The notes beneath the pieces are model-generated. The model was not told the origin of the DNA and made no database searches. It saw only the letters and a list, made by a program, of their open reading frames with translations. Source: Candidatus Eiseniibacteriota bacterium (GTDB taxonomy: Bacteria > Eisenbacteria > RBG-16-71-46 > SZUA-252). From it: a stretch of DNA of 57,557 bases. The stretch is taken from positions 1 through 57,557 of the forward strand of contig VBOX01000056.1 of assembly GCA_005893265.1 (NCBI GenBank), given 5' to 3'. Made by a program: the position numbers and the translations under genes. Below are positions 13,037-25,972 of the stretch, one piece after another (the first letter of the stretch is position 1; each line of letters begins with the position of its first letter).

Positions 13037-14020
13037 TCACTCGGTGTCATCCCGGACCAGCGGGCTGGCCAGGAGCTTGGCACGCATGCTCTCGATCAGG
13101 CGCTCGTTCAGCGCGCGGGCCGGGTGGTATCCGTAGACTTTGACAAGGTGATTGAGCGCAATCACCTCGGCGATAACCGTGATGTTCTTGCCGGGAAGAA
13201 TCGGCACGGTCACGAGAGGTATCTCCGTGTCCAGGTACTTGGCGTGCATGTCATCCAGACCAAGGCGCTCATAGTCCGCCTTGCTGTCCCACTCCGTCAG
13301 ATGCACTTCGACCTCGACGCGTTTCTGCCCGCGGATCGCGCGGATGCCGAAGATCGCCTGAACATCGATCACCCCAAGGCCCCGGATCTCCATCGTGTGC
13401 TTCAAAACCTCGTTGCAGGCGCCGATCAGGATATCGCCGTGACGCCGCGTGATCCGGACCACGTCGTCGGCGACGAGGCGGTGTCCACGCTCCACCAGGT
13501 CGAGCGCGGTCTCGCTCTTACCGATGCCGCTTCTCCCCGTGAACAGGAGGCCGACACCGTAGACGTCGACCAAGGATGCGTGCACCGTGACGGAGGGCGC
13601 GAAGACCCAGTCCAAGTACGCGGTGAGCTGGTGGATGAACGGCGTGGTGTCCTGCGGCGTGCGGAGCAGAGGTACCTGCTGTCGATTCGCGCGTTCGAGG
13701 AGGCCCTCCGGAAGCTGGAGACCTTTCGTCACGATGAGACCCGGCATCGCGAACTGAAACAGACGATCCAGCGCCTCCGCGCGTCCCTGCGGGCTCAGGG
13801 TTCCGAGGTAGGCGATCTCGGTCCTGCCCATGATCTGGATTCGCTCGAAGAGAAAATTCTCAGGGTAGCCCATGAGCGCCATGCCCGGGCGATTGATGTC
13901 GCTGATGGTGATCGGAACGCGGGCCTCGAGCCCCTGGGTGAGGACCTCGAGCGAGAGGGTCTCACGCTGCTGCTCGTACAGCTGCGCGATCGTGATTTGC
14001 GCGGTGCTAATCGAGTTCAA
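13037..14020 (-). CDS. hprK: HPr kinase/phosphorylase
   Basis: INRPG, GRSGIGKSETALDL, HRLVADD, MEIRGLGVID. Confidence 0.97.
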   Translation of the reverse strand: MNSISTAQITIAQLYEQQRETLSLEVLTQGLEARVPITISDINRPGMALMGYPENFLFERIQIMGRTEIAYLGTLSPQGRAEALDRLFQFAMPGLIVTKGLQLPEGLLERANRQQVPLLRTPQDTTPFIHQLTAYLDWVFAPSVTVHASLVDVYGVGLLFTGRSGIGKSETALDLVERGHRLVADDVVRITRRHGDILIGACNEVLKHTMEIRGLGVIDVQAIFGIRAIRGQKRVEVEVHLTEWDSKADYERLGLDDMHAKYLDTEIPLVTVPILPGKNITVIAEVIALNHLVKVYGYHPARALNERLIESMRAKLLASPLVRDDTE

Positions 14021-14543
14021 GCAATCCTACTTGTCCGTCCTCCAGGCGATAGGCGATCCGCATGCCTCCCCCATCCGGCTCCGAGAACGCGAGCACGGTC
14101 AGGCGGCTCTTGAGGAGCATCCGCACGGCCTGGTCCACCGTCAGGGTCCGCTGTTTGGGCCGCGATCGGACGATCTCGACCCCGCCCCGATCCCGTTGCG
14201 TCGCCTGAGGAGGCAGCTCGGGAATCCCCTGCTGCCGAAGGCTCGCTCCGCGCTTCTTTCTGTCCTTCAATCGTTCCTTCCGACGCTTCAGCGCCTGCTC
14301 CTGCTTTTCGAGCACGGCGTCTAGCGCCGCCCGAGGATCCGGATTCTGGGCTCGCCCGGTAAGGTCCACACCGTTCCCGAAAATGCGAAGCTCCGCCAGG
14401 TGGCGGTAGCCCTCCTCGGTCACGGTCAGCTGCGCGCTGATCAGGTGCGAGAAGTATCGCTGCAACTTCTCGATTCTCCGCTCCGCGTACGCGCGGTAGT
14501 CGGGAGTCACCTTCCAGTGCCGCCCCTTGATCGTGATCTGCAT
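14007..14543 (-). CDS. hpf: ribosome hibernation promoting factor (long form)
   Basis: MQITIKGRH...KLQRYF, located after rpoN, with a degenerate C-terminal S30AE_C-like domain (IAYR..DG..GL). Confidence 0.88.
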   Translation of the reverse strand: MQITIKGRHWKVTPDYRAYAERRIEKLQRYFSHLISAQLTVTEEGYRHLAELRIFGNGVDLTGRAQNPDPRAALDAVLEKQEQALKRRKERLKDRKKRGASLRQQGIPELPPQATQRDRGGVEIVRSRPKQRTLTVDQAVRMLLKSRLTVLAFSEPDGGGMRIAYRLEDGQVGLLELD

Positions 14544-14561
14544 CGTTACCCCCTGAATGGG

Positions 14562-16013
14562 TCATGTTCGATTTTCGATCCGTGATGCATAACGGCGGCG
14601 CGCCCGGGCCGGCAGAATGCGCAATGCCTCCCGGTACTTGGCCACGGTCCTCCGGGCGATCCTGAGACCCTGCTCGTGCAACAGCTCCGCAATGCGCTGG
14701 TCGCTGAGCGGCTCGCGCTTGTCCTCGCCCTGGATCAGCTGTGAGATCTTCCCCTTCGCCACCTTGGCCGAAACATCGTCCCCGTCCTCCGTCTGCAACC
14801 CGCTCGAGAAGAAGTACTTCAGCTCGAAGACGCCGCGTGGCGTCTGCACGTACTTGTTCGTCGTAACGCGGCTCACGGTCGATTCGTGCATGCCGATCTG
14901 GTTTGCGATCTGTTGCAGCGTGAGCGGCCTTAAGCCCTCGACGCCCCTCTCGAAGAACTCCCGCTGCTCCTCCACGATTCGGCGCATCACCTTGATCATC
15001 GTCTTCCGGCGCTGCTCGATCGTTTGGATGAGCCATTTGGCCGAGTTGAGCTTCTCGGTGATGTACTTGCGGGTCGTGTCCTCCACGGAATTCTTGTTCC
15101 GGAGCATTTGCTGATAGGCGTGGCTGATCCTGAGCCTCGGGACGTTCCGGTCGTTGAGCGCGACCACAAAGTCCTCGCCAACCCGCTCCACGATGAGGTC
15201 GGGCACGACGTAGCGCGTTTCCTCGGCGGCGATCTCCTGAGCGGGCCGGGGATCCAGGGTCCCGATCGTGTCGCTGGCCGCCTGGACGTCCTCGACCGTG
15301 CACTTGAGATTTCGCGCGATCTCGGAGAATCGCTTGGCGAGGAGGTTGTCGAATTGCTCCTGAATGATCCGACCCGCGAGGGTCGTCTCCATCTTCTTCT
15401 GGACGATCTGGATCCAGAGGCACTCCTGGAGATTTCGGGCGCCGATTCCGGCGGGCTCGAAGGTCTGAATCACCGCGAGGACTTCTTCCACGCGCTCCGG
15501 GCTGACCTGGAACGTCTCGCCCACTTCTTCGACCCTGGTCTGCAGGTATCCGTTTTCATCGATGGAGCCGACCAGGAATTCCCCGATCGCCATCGACTGC
15601 TCATCCAGATTGCTCAGGCGCAGCTGTTCCAGGAGATGATCGCCGAGGGTCTTCACGGTGACCGGGACGCGCTCGTAGAACTCGGCGTCCCCATCGTTCG
15701 TGCGCGGGGCCGAGACCGTCTCGAACTGATCGGGCCACATCTCCCCCCAGTCGATTTCCTGCTCCGCCTTTGCTTCGGTCACCGCCGGCTGCTCGACCTC
15801 CTCCTGGCCGACCTCTTTCTTGACCTCTTCGATTTCCTCGACCTCTTCCACCTCGTCGACCTCTTCGAGGAGGGGGTTGCGCTCCAATTCCATCTTGAGC
15901 GCCTGCTGGAGCTCGAGCGTCGGCATCTGGAGCAGCTTGAGCGCATGCTGCAGACGCTGCGTCATGATCAGCGTCGGCTTCTGCTGCATGCTCAGGCTGT
16001 GTTTCATTTCCAT
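14562..16013 (-). CDS. rpoN: RNA polymerase sigma-54 factor
   Basis: Gln/Leu-rich region I, HESTVSR HTH, and RpoN box ARRTVAKYRE. Confidence 0.98.
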   Translation of the reverse strand: MEMKHSLSMQQKPTLIMTQRLQHALKLLQMPTLELQQALKMELERNPLLEEVDEVEEVEEIEEVKKEVGQEEVEQPAVTEAKAEQEIDWGEMWPDQFETVSAPRTNDGDAEFYERVPVTVKTLGDHLLEQLRLSNLDEQSMAIGEFLVGSIDENGYLQTRVEEVGETFQVSPERVEEVLAVIQTFEPAGIGARNLQECLWIQIVQKKMETTLAGRIIQEQFDNLLAKRFSEIARNLKCTVEDVQAASDTIGTLDPRPAQEIAAEETRYVVPDLIVERVGEDFVVALNDRNVPRLRISHAYQQMLRNKNSVEDTTRKYITEKLNSAKWLIQTIEQRRKTMIKVMRRIVEEQREFFERGVEGLRPLTLQQIANQIGMHESTVSRVTTNKYVQTPRGVFELKYFFSSGLQTEDGDDVSAKVAKGKISQLIQGEDKREPLSDQRIAELLHEQGLRIARRTVAKYREALRILPARARRRYASRIENRT

Positions 16014-16025
16014 GGCTCTACGCCC

Positions 16026-16751
16026 TCAATCCAGCCGGAACCGCTCGCCAAGATAGATCTGCCGGGCGATCGGATCTTCCGCCAGCTCCTGGCTGGTACC
16101 TTCCAGGAGGATCTTGCCTTCGTACATGATGTAAGCCCGGTCGGTGGTGCTCAGCGTTTCCCGAACGTTGTGGTCGGTGATCAGAATCCCGAGGCCCCGT
16201 TGCCTCAGCCTCCCCACGATGTCCTGAATCTCGGCGACCGCGATTGGATCGATCCCTACGAAGGGCTCGTCCAGCAACAGGAACTTGGGATGGGTCACGA
16301 GCGCCCTCGTGATTTCGACCCGGCGCCGCTCGCCGCCCGAAAGGTTGTAGCCTCTTCGATCCGCCAGGTGCGCGATGTTCAGTTCCTCCAGGAGCTGCCC
16401 GAGCCGCTCCGCCCGTTCCCGTTTGCTCATGGGCAGGGTTTCCAGGATGGCCAGGATGTTCTCTCGGACGGTCAGCTTTCGAAAAATCGAAGGCTCTTGG
16501 GCCAAGTAACCAATTCCGATGCGGGCCCGCTCGTGCATCGGCATCCGGGTGATGTCCTTGCCATCAACGAGAATCTGCCCCCCATCCACCCTCAAGAGAC
16601 CCACGATGAGGTAGAACGTTGTCGTTTTCCCGGCTCCGTTCGGTCCCAAGAGCCCGACAACCTCACCTCGATTCACGTCAATCGAGACCTGGTTGACGAC
16701 TTTCCAGTGCCCGTAGAACCGCTCCAGATTCCGCCCCTCCAGGCCGGTCAT
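16026..16751 (-). CDS. lptB: LPS export ABC transporter ATP-binding protein
   Basis: [42 protein letters not shown]; lies upstream of rpoN. Confidence 0.97.
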   Translation of the reverse strand: MTGLEGRNLERFYGHWKVVNQVSIDVNRGEVVGLLGPNGAGKTTTFYLIVGLLRVDGGQILVDGKDITRMPMHERARIGIGYLAQEPSIFRKLTVRENILAILETLPMSKRERAERLGQLLEELNIAHLADRRGYNLSGGERRRVEITRALVTHPKFLLLDEPFVGIDPIAVAEIQDIVGRLRQRGLGILITDHNVRETLSTTDRAYIMYEGKILLEGTSQELAEDPIARQIYLGERFRLD

Positions 16752-17344
16752 CGCGAGATCGGTTCTCCGCTCTCTCCTTCGTCGCGAACCTCCGCCCGGA
16801 CCTCTCGCTTGAGGTGGAAATGGTCCAGGTTCGCGTCGCTTTCAAAACCATATCCCGTCACGACGTCCTGCTTTCGCGTCACCCGAACGAAGGCGTCCGA
16901 CACGATCTTCTGCGCATTGTTGATCCAGCGCAGCGAGTCGGTCTCCATCCTCACCCCGGTTTCCGTCACGAGTCGCACCTTACCCACGGCTTCCAAGTTG
17001 TTCGTGCGCTGGTCCACGAGCCCCTGATTGGCAACCAGTGTCGAATATCGCATCCCCTTCGAGTCGAAGAACTCGATCCGAATGCTGCGTGCATCCACGA
17101 GATTTCGATCGTTGTACATGGCCGCGTACGACGCCCAGAGGGTCCAGTTCTTCTTACCCTCCGAGGTTTCCGTGAGCGTGAAGTCGCGCGCCTCTTGGTC
17201 CGGGAACCGGAGGTCCGCTCCGCTTGGCTTCGGGGCGGTCCGCGACTGGCAGCCCGCGATCGCGGCCACAGCGAATACGGCCAGGATGTGCAGGACGATG
17301 CATCGTATCACGCCCTCCCGGAGCCCGGCAAACTGGGGCCGCAT
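16748..17344 (-). CDS. lptC: LPS export periplasmic protein LptC
   Basis: N-terminal hydrophobic/lipobox-like segment (IAGC), beta-jellyroll-like TDSLRW and VTGYGFESD; lies between kdsD and lptB. Confidence 0.82.
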   Translation of the reverse strand: MRPQFAGLREGVIRCIVLHILAVFAVAAIAGCQSRTAPKPSGADLRFPDQEARDFTLTETSEGKKNWTLWASYAAMYNDRNLVDARSIRIEFFDSKGMRYSTLVANQGLVDQRTNNLEAVGKVRLVTETGVRMETDSLRWINNAQKIVSDAFVRVTRKQDVVTGYGFESDANLDHFHLKREVRAEVRDEGESGEPISR

Positions 17345-17348
17345 CGCT

Positions 17349-21528
<4,180 letters not shown>

Positions 21529-21533
21529 GACCC

Positions 21534-21562
21534 ATGCTAGCAACCACCGCGCCGGAGGTCAA
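21534..21562 (-). promoter_or_regulatory. sigma70-type promoter of the kdsB...ftsK run
   Basis: TTGACC-17 nt-TAGCAT with an extended -10 TG. Confidence 0.6.
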
Positions 21563-21643
21563 GCGTTCGCATAAGTAGCGCACAGGTCTTGCGTTACGGG
21601 GCCGTGTGTCGGTCGGGCAGGGCCGGAGCCCTGATTGACCGGT

Positions 21644-22540
21644 TCATGGGGCGTGGGCTAGGTTCCCGCTCCAGGCGAACCCGACTTCCAGGGTATTCCC
21701 CGCGAGGGCGTTTCGGCCGTCCAGGACGTGCGAGACACCGCTCTCTAAGTGGAGGCCGGGAAAGATCGGAATTCCCAGCACGCCGTCCAGCGTCAGGAGG
21801 CGGGAGCTCGCGCGCTCAGGATCGAAAAGCGCTCCCCCGATCGGCATCCCCTTTTGCGCGGTCGACCGCACCCCACGAACCACGCTCCTCCATGAGAGCG
21901 AGAAGGGCAGCGTTCCGCCAACCTCGGCGGAGTAGACGTATTCGTTCGGGTAGCCCTTCGTTCGGCGCGTCCACCCCGCGTCGGCCGTCGTATACAGCCA
22001 GCCCCAGGAAGCGCCCACGAGGCCTCGGAGCGTGTGGGCAAGATCCCCGGCCCCCAGGGAGGGAGTGGACTCTCTGGAGTAGCCCGTCGGAATCTTGAGC
22101 TCCGAAGCCAGGCTGAGCGGCACCCTTCCGCGGAGCACGCGATAGCGGCCACCGAGGATGAGGTCGCCGAAGCCGGAATTCGTGCTCTTCACGACCGGCT
22201 CGTCCGTCACGACTCGTTTCCACGTGACCGATCCGTAGGTCGTGAATCGCTCGATCAGCCCGTATTCGACATAGACTCTCGCTTCTCGACCACGATATTC
22301 CGTGGCGCCGTCCGGGGCACCAAACGTGAACCGCGGCTCGAGACCCACGCGCTCTCCGACCGCGTCGAAGCGGGTTCCCGAGGTAATGCCGGCGTAGGTC
22401 AGACGCGCGTAGAGGCTCCCTGGGTCCTGCGTCCACGCGCCGGCATGGGCGCAGGTCGGCGCGGCGAGGGCCGCAAGGATAAGGGCAATCGGCGCCGCCG
22501 CGGGGCCGCAGGGAGAAATGGGTCGGGGTGCGCTCTTCAC
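21644..22540 (-). CDS. hypothetical secreted / outer-membrane beta-barrel protein
   Basis: Signal peptide ending AHA-GAWTQ, alternating beta-strand pattern (YVEYGL, GFGDLILGGRY), aromatic residues near the C-terminus. Confidence 0.7.
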   Translation of the reverse strand: MKSAPRPISPCGPAAAPIALILAALAAPTCAHAGAWTQDPGSLYARLTYAGITSGTRFDAVGERVGLEPRFTFGAPDGATEYRGREARVYVEYGLIERFTTYGSVTWKRVVTDEPVVKSTNSGFGDLILGGRYRVLRGRVPLSLASELKIPTGYSRESTPSLGAGDLAHTLRGLVGASWGWLYTTADAGWTRRTKGYPNEYVYSAEVGGTLPFSLSWRSVVRGVRSTAQKGMPIGGALFDPERASSRLLTLDGVLGIPIFPGLHLESGVSHVLDGRNALAGNTLEVGFAWSGNLAHAP

Positions 22541-22610
22541 AGGCTGCGAAACATACGAAAGCGGGGGAAGTTCCGGGGCGCGCGACGCGGACGCGAAGCG
22601 CGGGCGCGCG

Positions 22611-23549
22611 TCAGCGCGTGGCGGGCTCTAGCTCCAGATCCGCGATCCCTTTCCGCACCTCGTCGGCCGACTTCTTGAGGGCCGCGGATTCCTCGCTGGT
22701 CAGCTCGAGCTCGACGATCTTCTCGAGGCCACGCGAGCCCAGGATCGCCGGGACGCCGAGGAAGAGGTCGCGGAAGCCGTACTCACCGTTCAGATGCGCG
22801 GCCACCGGAAGGAGCCGCTTCTTGTCCTTCAGGATCGACTCCGCCATCTGCACGGCGGAGGCAGCCGGCGCGTAGAACGCGCTGCCGGTCTGCAGGAGCT
22901 TCACGATCTCGGCGCCGCCGTCGCGCGTGCGCTGGACGATCTGCTCCAGACGCTCCTTCACGATGAACTTCTCGATCGGGATGCCGCCTACGGTCGAGTA
23001 GCGAACGAGGGGAACCATGGTATCGCCGTGGCCGCCGAGCACCATGGCCTGGATGTCCTCGATCGAAACGCCGATTTCGGCCGCCAGGAAGGAACGGAAC
23101 CGCGTGGAGTCGAGCACGCCCGCCATGCCGACGACCCGCTCGCGCGGGAATCCGGTCACGCGATAAGTGAGGTAGGTCATCACGTCGAGCGGATTCGTGA
23201 TCATGATCACGAACGCCTTGGAAGCGTGCTCTCGGATCGCCTGGGCGACGCCGCGGATGATATCCGCGTTCGCCTTCAAGAGGTCGAGCCTCGACATTCC
23301 CGGTTTCCGTGGCAGCCCGGCGGTCACCAACACGAGATCGCTGCCCGCGATCGCGCGGAGGTCGCCGGTCCCTTCGATCATGGTGTCGTAGCCGCGAACG
23401 GGGCCCGCCTCGAGCAGATCGAGCGCCTTGCCCTTGGCGACGCCTTCCACGATATCGACCAGCGTGATATCGCCCAGCTCGGCCTCGGCGAGATACAACG
23501 CGGCGGACGCGCCGACGTTGCCTGCGCCGATGACCGCGATCTTAGGCAC
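22611..23549 (-). CDS. mdh: malate dehydrogenase (LDH-like)
   Basis: [42 protein letters not shown] start overlaps the rpmA end. Confidence 0.95.
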   Translation of the reverse strand: MPKIAVIGAGNVGASAALYLAEAELGDITLVDIVEGVAKGKALDLLEAGPVRGYDTMIEGTGDLRAIAGSDLVLVTAGLPRKPGMSRLDLLKANADIIRGVAQAIREHASKAFVIMITNPLDVMTYLTYRVTGFPRERVVGMAGVLDSTRFRSFLAAEIGVSIEDIQAMVLGGHGDTMVPLVRYSTVGGIPIEKFIVKERLEQIVQRTRDGGAEIVKLLQTGSAFYAPAASAVQMAESILKDKKRLLPVAAHLNGEYGFRDLFLGVPAILGSRGLEKIVELELTSEESAALKKSADEVRKGIADLELEPATR

Positions 23550-23835
23550 GGGCCGCCTCGGTCTCCTTCTGCGCCGAATGAGGCTTGGGGTCGATGGAGA
23601 CCTGCATCCCTCTCTTGCCGCGCCGTGCATACACGACGATGCCGTCCTTGAGCGCGAAGAGGGTGTCGTCCTTGCCCCGGCCGACGTGAAGACCCGGCGC
23701 GAACGAGGTGCCCCGCTGGCGCACCAGAATGTTCCCCGCGCGGACCCACTGTCCGCCGAACCGTTTCACGCCAAGCCGCTGCGAAGCTGAATCGCGGCCG
23801 TTTTTCGAGCTGGATACGCCTTTCTTATGCGCCAT
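23542..23835 (-). CDS. rpmA: 50S ribosomal protein L27
   Basis: [16 protein letters not shown]...RQRGT. Confidence 0.98.
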   Translation of the reverse strand: MAHKKGVSSSKNGRDSASQRLGVKRFGGQWVRAGNILVRQRGTSFAPGLHVGRGKDDTLFALKDGIVVYARRGKRGMQVSIDPKPHSAQKETEAARA

Positions 23836-24367
23836 GCTTTCCTCGTTTTTCTCCTTCGGGCATGCTGATGTCCAGGATCTTAACCCGCGTCAGGGAATCC
23901 CGGTATCCAATCCTCCGGCGGTACTTCTTGCGACGCTTGTACGTGCCGACCCTGACCTTGTCCCCCTTCTCGTGGCCGACCACCTGAACCGTCACAAGGG
24001 CACCCTCGACCAGCGGCGTCCCCACGTGGACGTTGGCCCCCTCGGAAATCAGGAGGACGCGTTCGAACTTGAGCTCGGCCCCAGGCTCCTCGTCCAGGTG
24101 CGGAAGGATGTGCTCCTCCTGCGGCGCGACCCGGAGCTGAAGCCCCTGCGCCTGGATGACGGCGAAGCGTGGTTCCACCTTCCGCTCCGCCTTCGGCTCC
24201 CCTTTGGCCTCCGCTTTGGGCTTTGCCTTGGACTTGGCTTTGGCCGCGGCCTTGTCGGCTTTGGCTTCGGCCTTGGCATCGGATTTGGCCTTCGCTTTGG
24301 CCCTGGATTCAGCTTTGGATTCGGCTCTCGACTCTTTGGATTGAGCCTTGGGTTTCTCTTTGGCCAT
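23825..24367 (-). CDS. rplU: 50S ribosomal protein L21 with a Lys/Ala-rich N-terminal extension
   Basis: Core FAVIQ..G.Q.RV...KRRK.YRRR.G.R, located upstream of rpmA. Confidence 0.93.
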   Translation of the reverse strand: MAKEKPKAQSKESRAESKAESRAKAKAKSDAKAEAKADKAAAKAKSKAKPKAEAKGEPKAERKVEPRFAVIQAQGLQLRVAPQEEHILPHLDEEPGAELKFERVLLISEGANVHVGTPLVEGALVTVQVVGHEKGDKVRVGTYKRRKKYRRRIGYRDSLTRVKILDISMPEGEKRGKHGA

Positions 24368-24406
24368 GACTTCCCTTTCCGCCCGGAATCTTCCGGGACT
24401 CCTCGA

Positions 24407-25972
24407 CTAGCGCTCGAACTGCTTGGTGATTTCTTCGAACGTTCGCCCGCGAAACAGGCGAATCTCGTCCCGCCTCAGCGAAGGATCGTCCCGGATCTCG
24501 ACGCGGAAGCGGTAGCTCCGCTCGAGATCTCCGAGGAGATCCGAATTCTGCTCCACCAAATGCACCGCGAGGTCCGGATGCACTCGCAATAGGATGAGCT
24601 TCTCCTTCGCGCGTAGCCCGACCCGCCGGAGCATCCGCTCGATCCTAAGCGTCGCGGACGCGAGCGAGAGCACCCTCCCGGTTCCGCCGCATTCCGGGCA
24701 GTCCTGATTGAAATACGTGACCAGGCTCGGGCGCTGCCGCTGCCGGGTCATCTCTACGAGCCCCAGGTCGCTCACCGCGAACGTCTTCGTGCGCGAGCGG
24801 TCCCGCTTCAACCGATTACGAAGGGTGTCCAATACGGCCTTCTTGTTCGCCTCGATTTCCATGTCGATGAAATCGAGGACGATGATTCCACCCAGGTCGC
24901 GAAGCCTCAGCTGGCGGGCGATCTCCTCGGCCGCCTCCAGATTGGTCTTCAAGATCGTGTCTTCCTGATTCTTCTTCCCGGTGAATCGTCCCGTGTTGAC
25001 GTCGATCGCCACCAGGGCCTCGGTCTGATCGATGGTGATGTAGCCCCCGCGCTTCAACCAGACCTTGCGCTCCATCGCCTTCTCGAGCTCCGCCTCGATG
25101 CCGAAATGGTCGAAAATCGGCTCCGCGCCGCGGTAGAGCTTGATGCGCGAGCTGAGCTCCGGGACGTAGTTCTTCAAGTAATCCAGGATCTCGCGATACT
25201 CCTCCTTCGAATCGATGACGAGCTGGGACACGTCCTCCGTAAAGATGTCCCGGATCAATCCGGTGGTCAGCTCCATCTCGCGATGAAGGATCGACGGGGC
25301 CCTGGCCCGCTGGGACTGCTTTTCGACTTTGGTCCAGAGCTGCTCCAAGTACTTGATGTCGCTCTGGAATTCCTTCTTTCCACGCTCCGCGCCCACGGTA
25401 CGGACGATGAGTCCCGATCCCTTGGGGCGAATCTCTTTGATCAGCGTCTTGAGCCGCGTCCGCTCCTGGCGATCCTCGATCTTCCGGGACACGCCGATGT
25501 GATCGTGACCCGGCATCAGGACCAGGTATCGTCCCGGAAGCGAGATCTGCGTCGTAACGCGCGGGCCCTTGGTCCCGATCGGCTCCTTCGTGATCTGAAC
25601 CAGGATCTCCTGGCCCTTCTGAAGCGCTTCCTCGATCCTCGGCACCGGCTCGTCGCGGCGCCATCGGCCGCGGCCCCCGCCCCCGCCGTTTTGCTTCTGC
25701 TCTTCCGATTCCTCGTCCTCGAACATGTCGTCGAGCTCAGAATCGGACGGGTGCAGATCGGACGCGTGAAGGAAAGCCGTCTTTTCGAGGCCCAGGTCGA
25801 CGAATGCGGCCTGCATGCCCGGAAGCACTGCGTTGACGCGGCCTTTGTATATGTCGCCCACGCGGCGCCGGGCCTCGGGGCGTTCTACCATCACCTCGAC
25901 GAGTTCCTTCTCTTCGAGGATCGCGATGCGTGTTTCGTGAAGACCGGCGTTAATTACGATTTCTCTGCGCAT
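24407..25972 (-). CDS. rng: Rne/Rng family ribonuclease (RNase G-like)
   Basis: S1 domain [41 protein letters not shown]. Confidence 0.93.
   Translation of the reverse strand: MRREIVINAGLHETRIAILEEKELVEVMVERPEARRRVGDIYKGRVNAVLPGMQAAFVDLGLEKTAFLHASDLHPSDSELDDMFEDEESEEQKQNGGGGGRGRWRRDEPVPRIEEALQKGQEILVQITKEPIGTKGPRVTTQISLPGRYLVLMPGHDHIGVSRKIEDRQERTRLKTLIKEIRPKGSGLIVRTVGAERGKKEFQSDIKYLEQLWTKVEKQSQRARAPSILHREMELTTGLIRDIFTEDVSQLVIDSKEEYREILDYLKNYVPELSSRIKLYRGAEPIFDHFGIEAELEKAMERKVWLKRGGYITIDQTEALVAIDVNTGRFTGKKNQEDTILKTNLEAAEEIARQLRLRDLGGIIVLDFIDMEIEANKKAVLDTLRNRLKRDRSRTKTFAVSDLGLVEMTRQRQRPSLVTYFNQDCPECGGTGRVLSLASATLRIERMLRRVGLRAKEKLILLRVHPDLAVHLVEQNSDLLGDLERSYRFRVEIRDDPSLRRDEIRLFRGRTFEEITKQFER

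Noticed and set aside
21610-21641. Hairpin CAGGGC-CGGA-GCCCTG after the outer-membrane hypothetical gene
   Set aside because: No U-tract, so it cannot be called a terminator.
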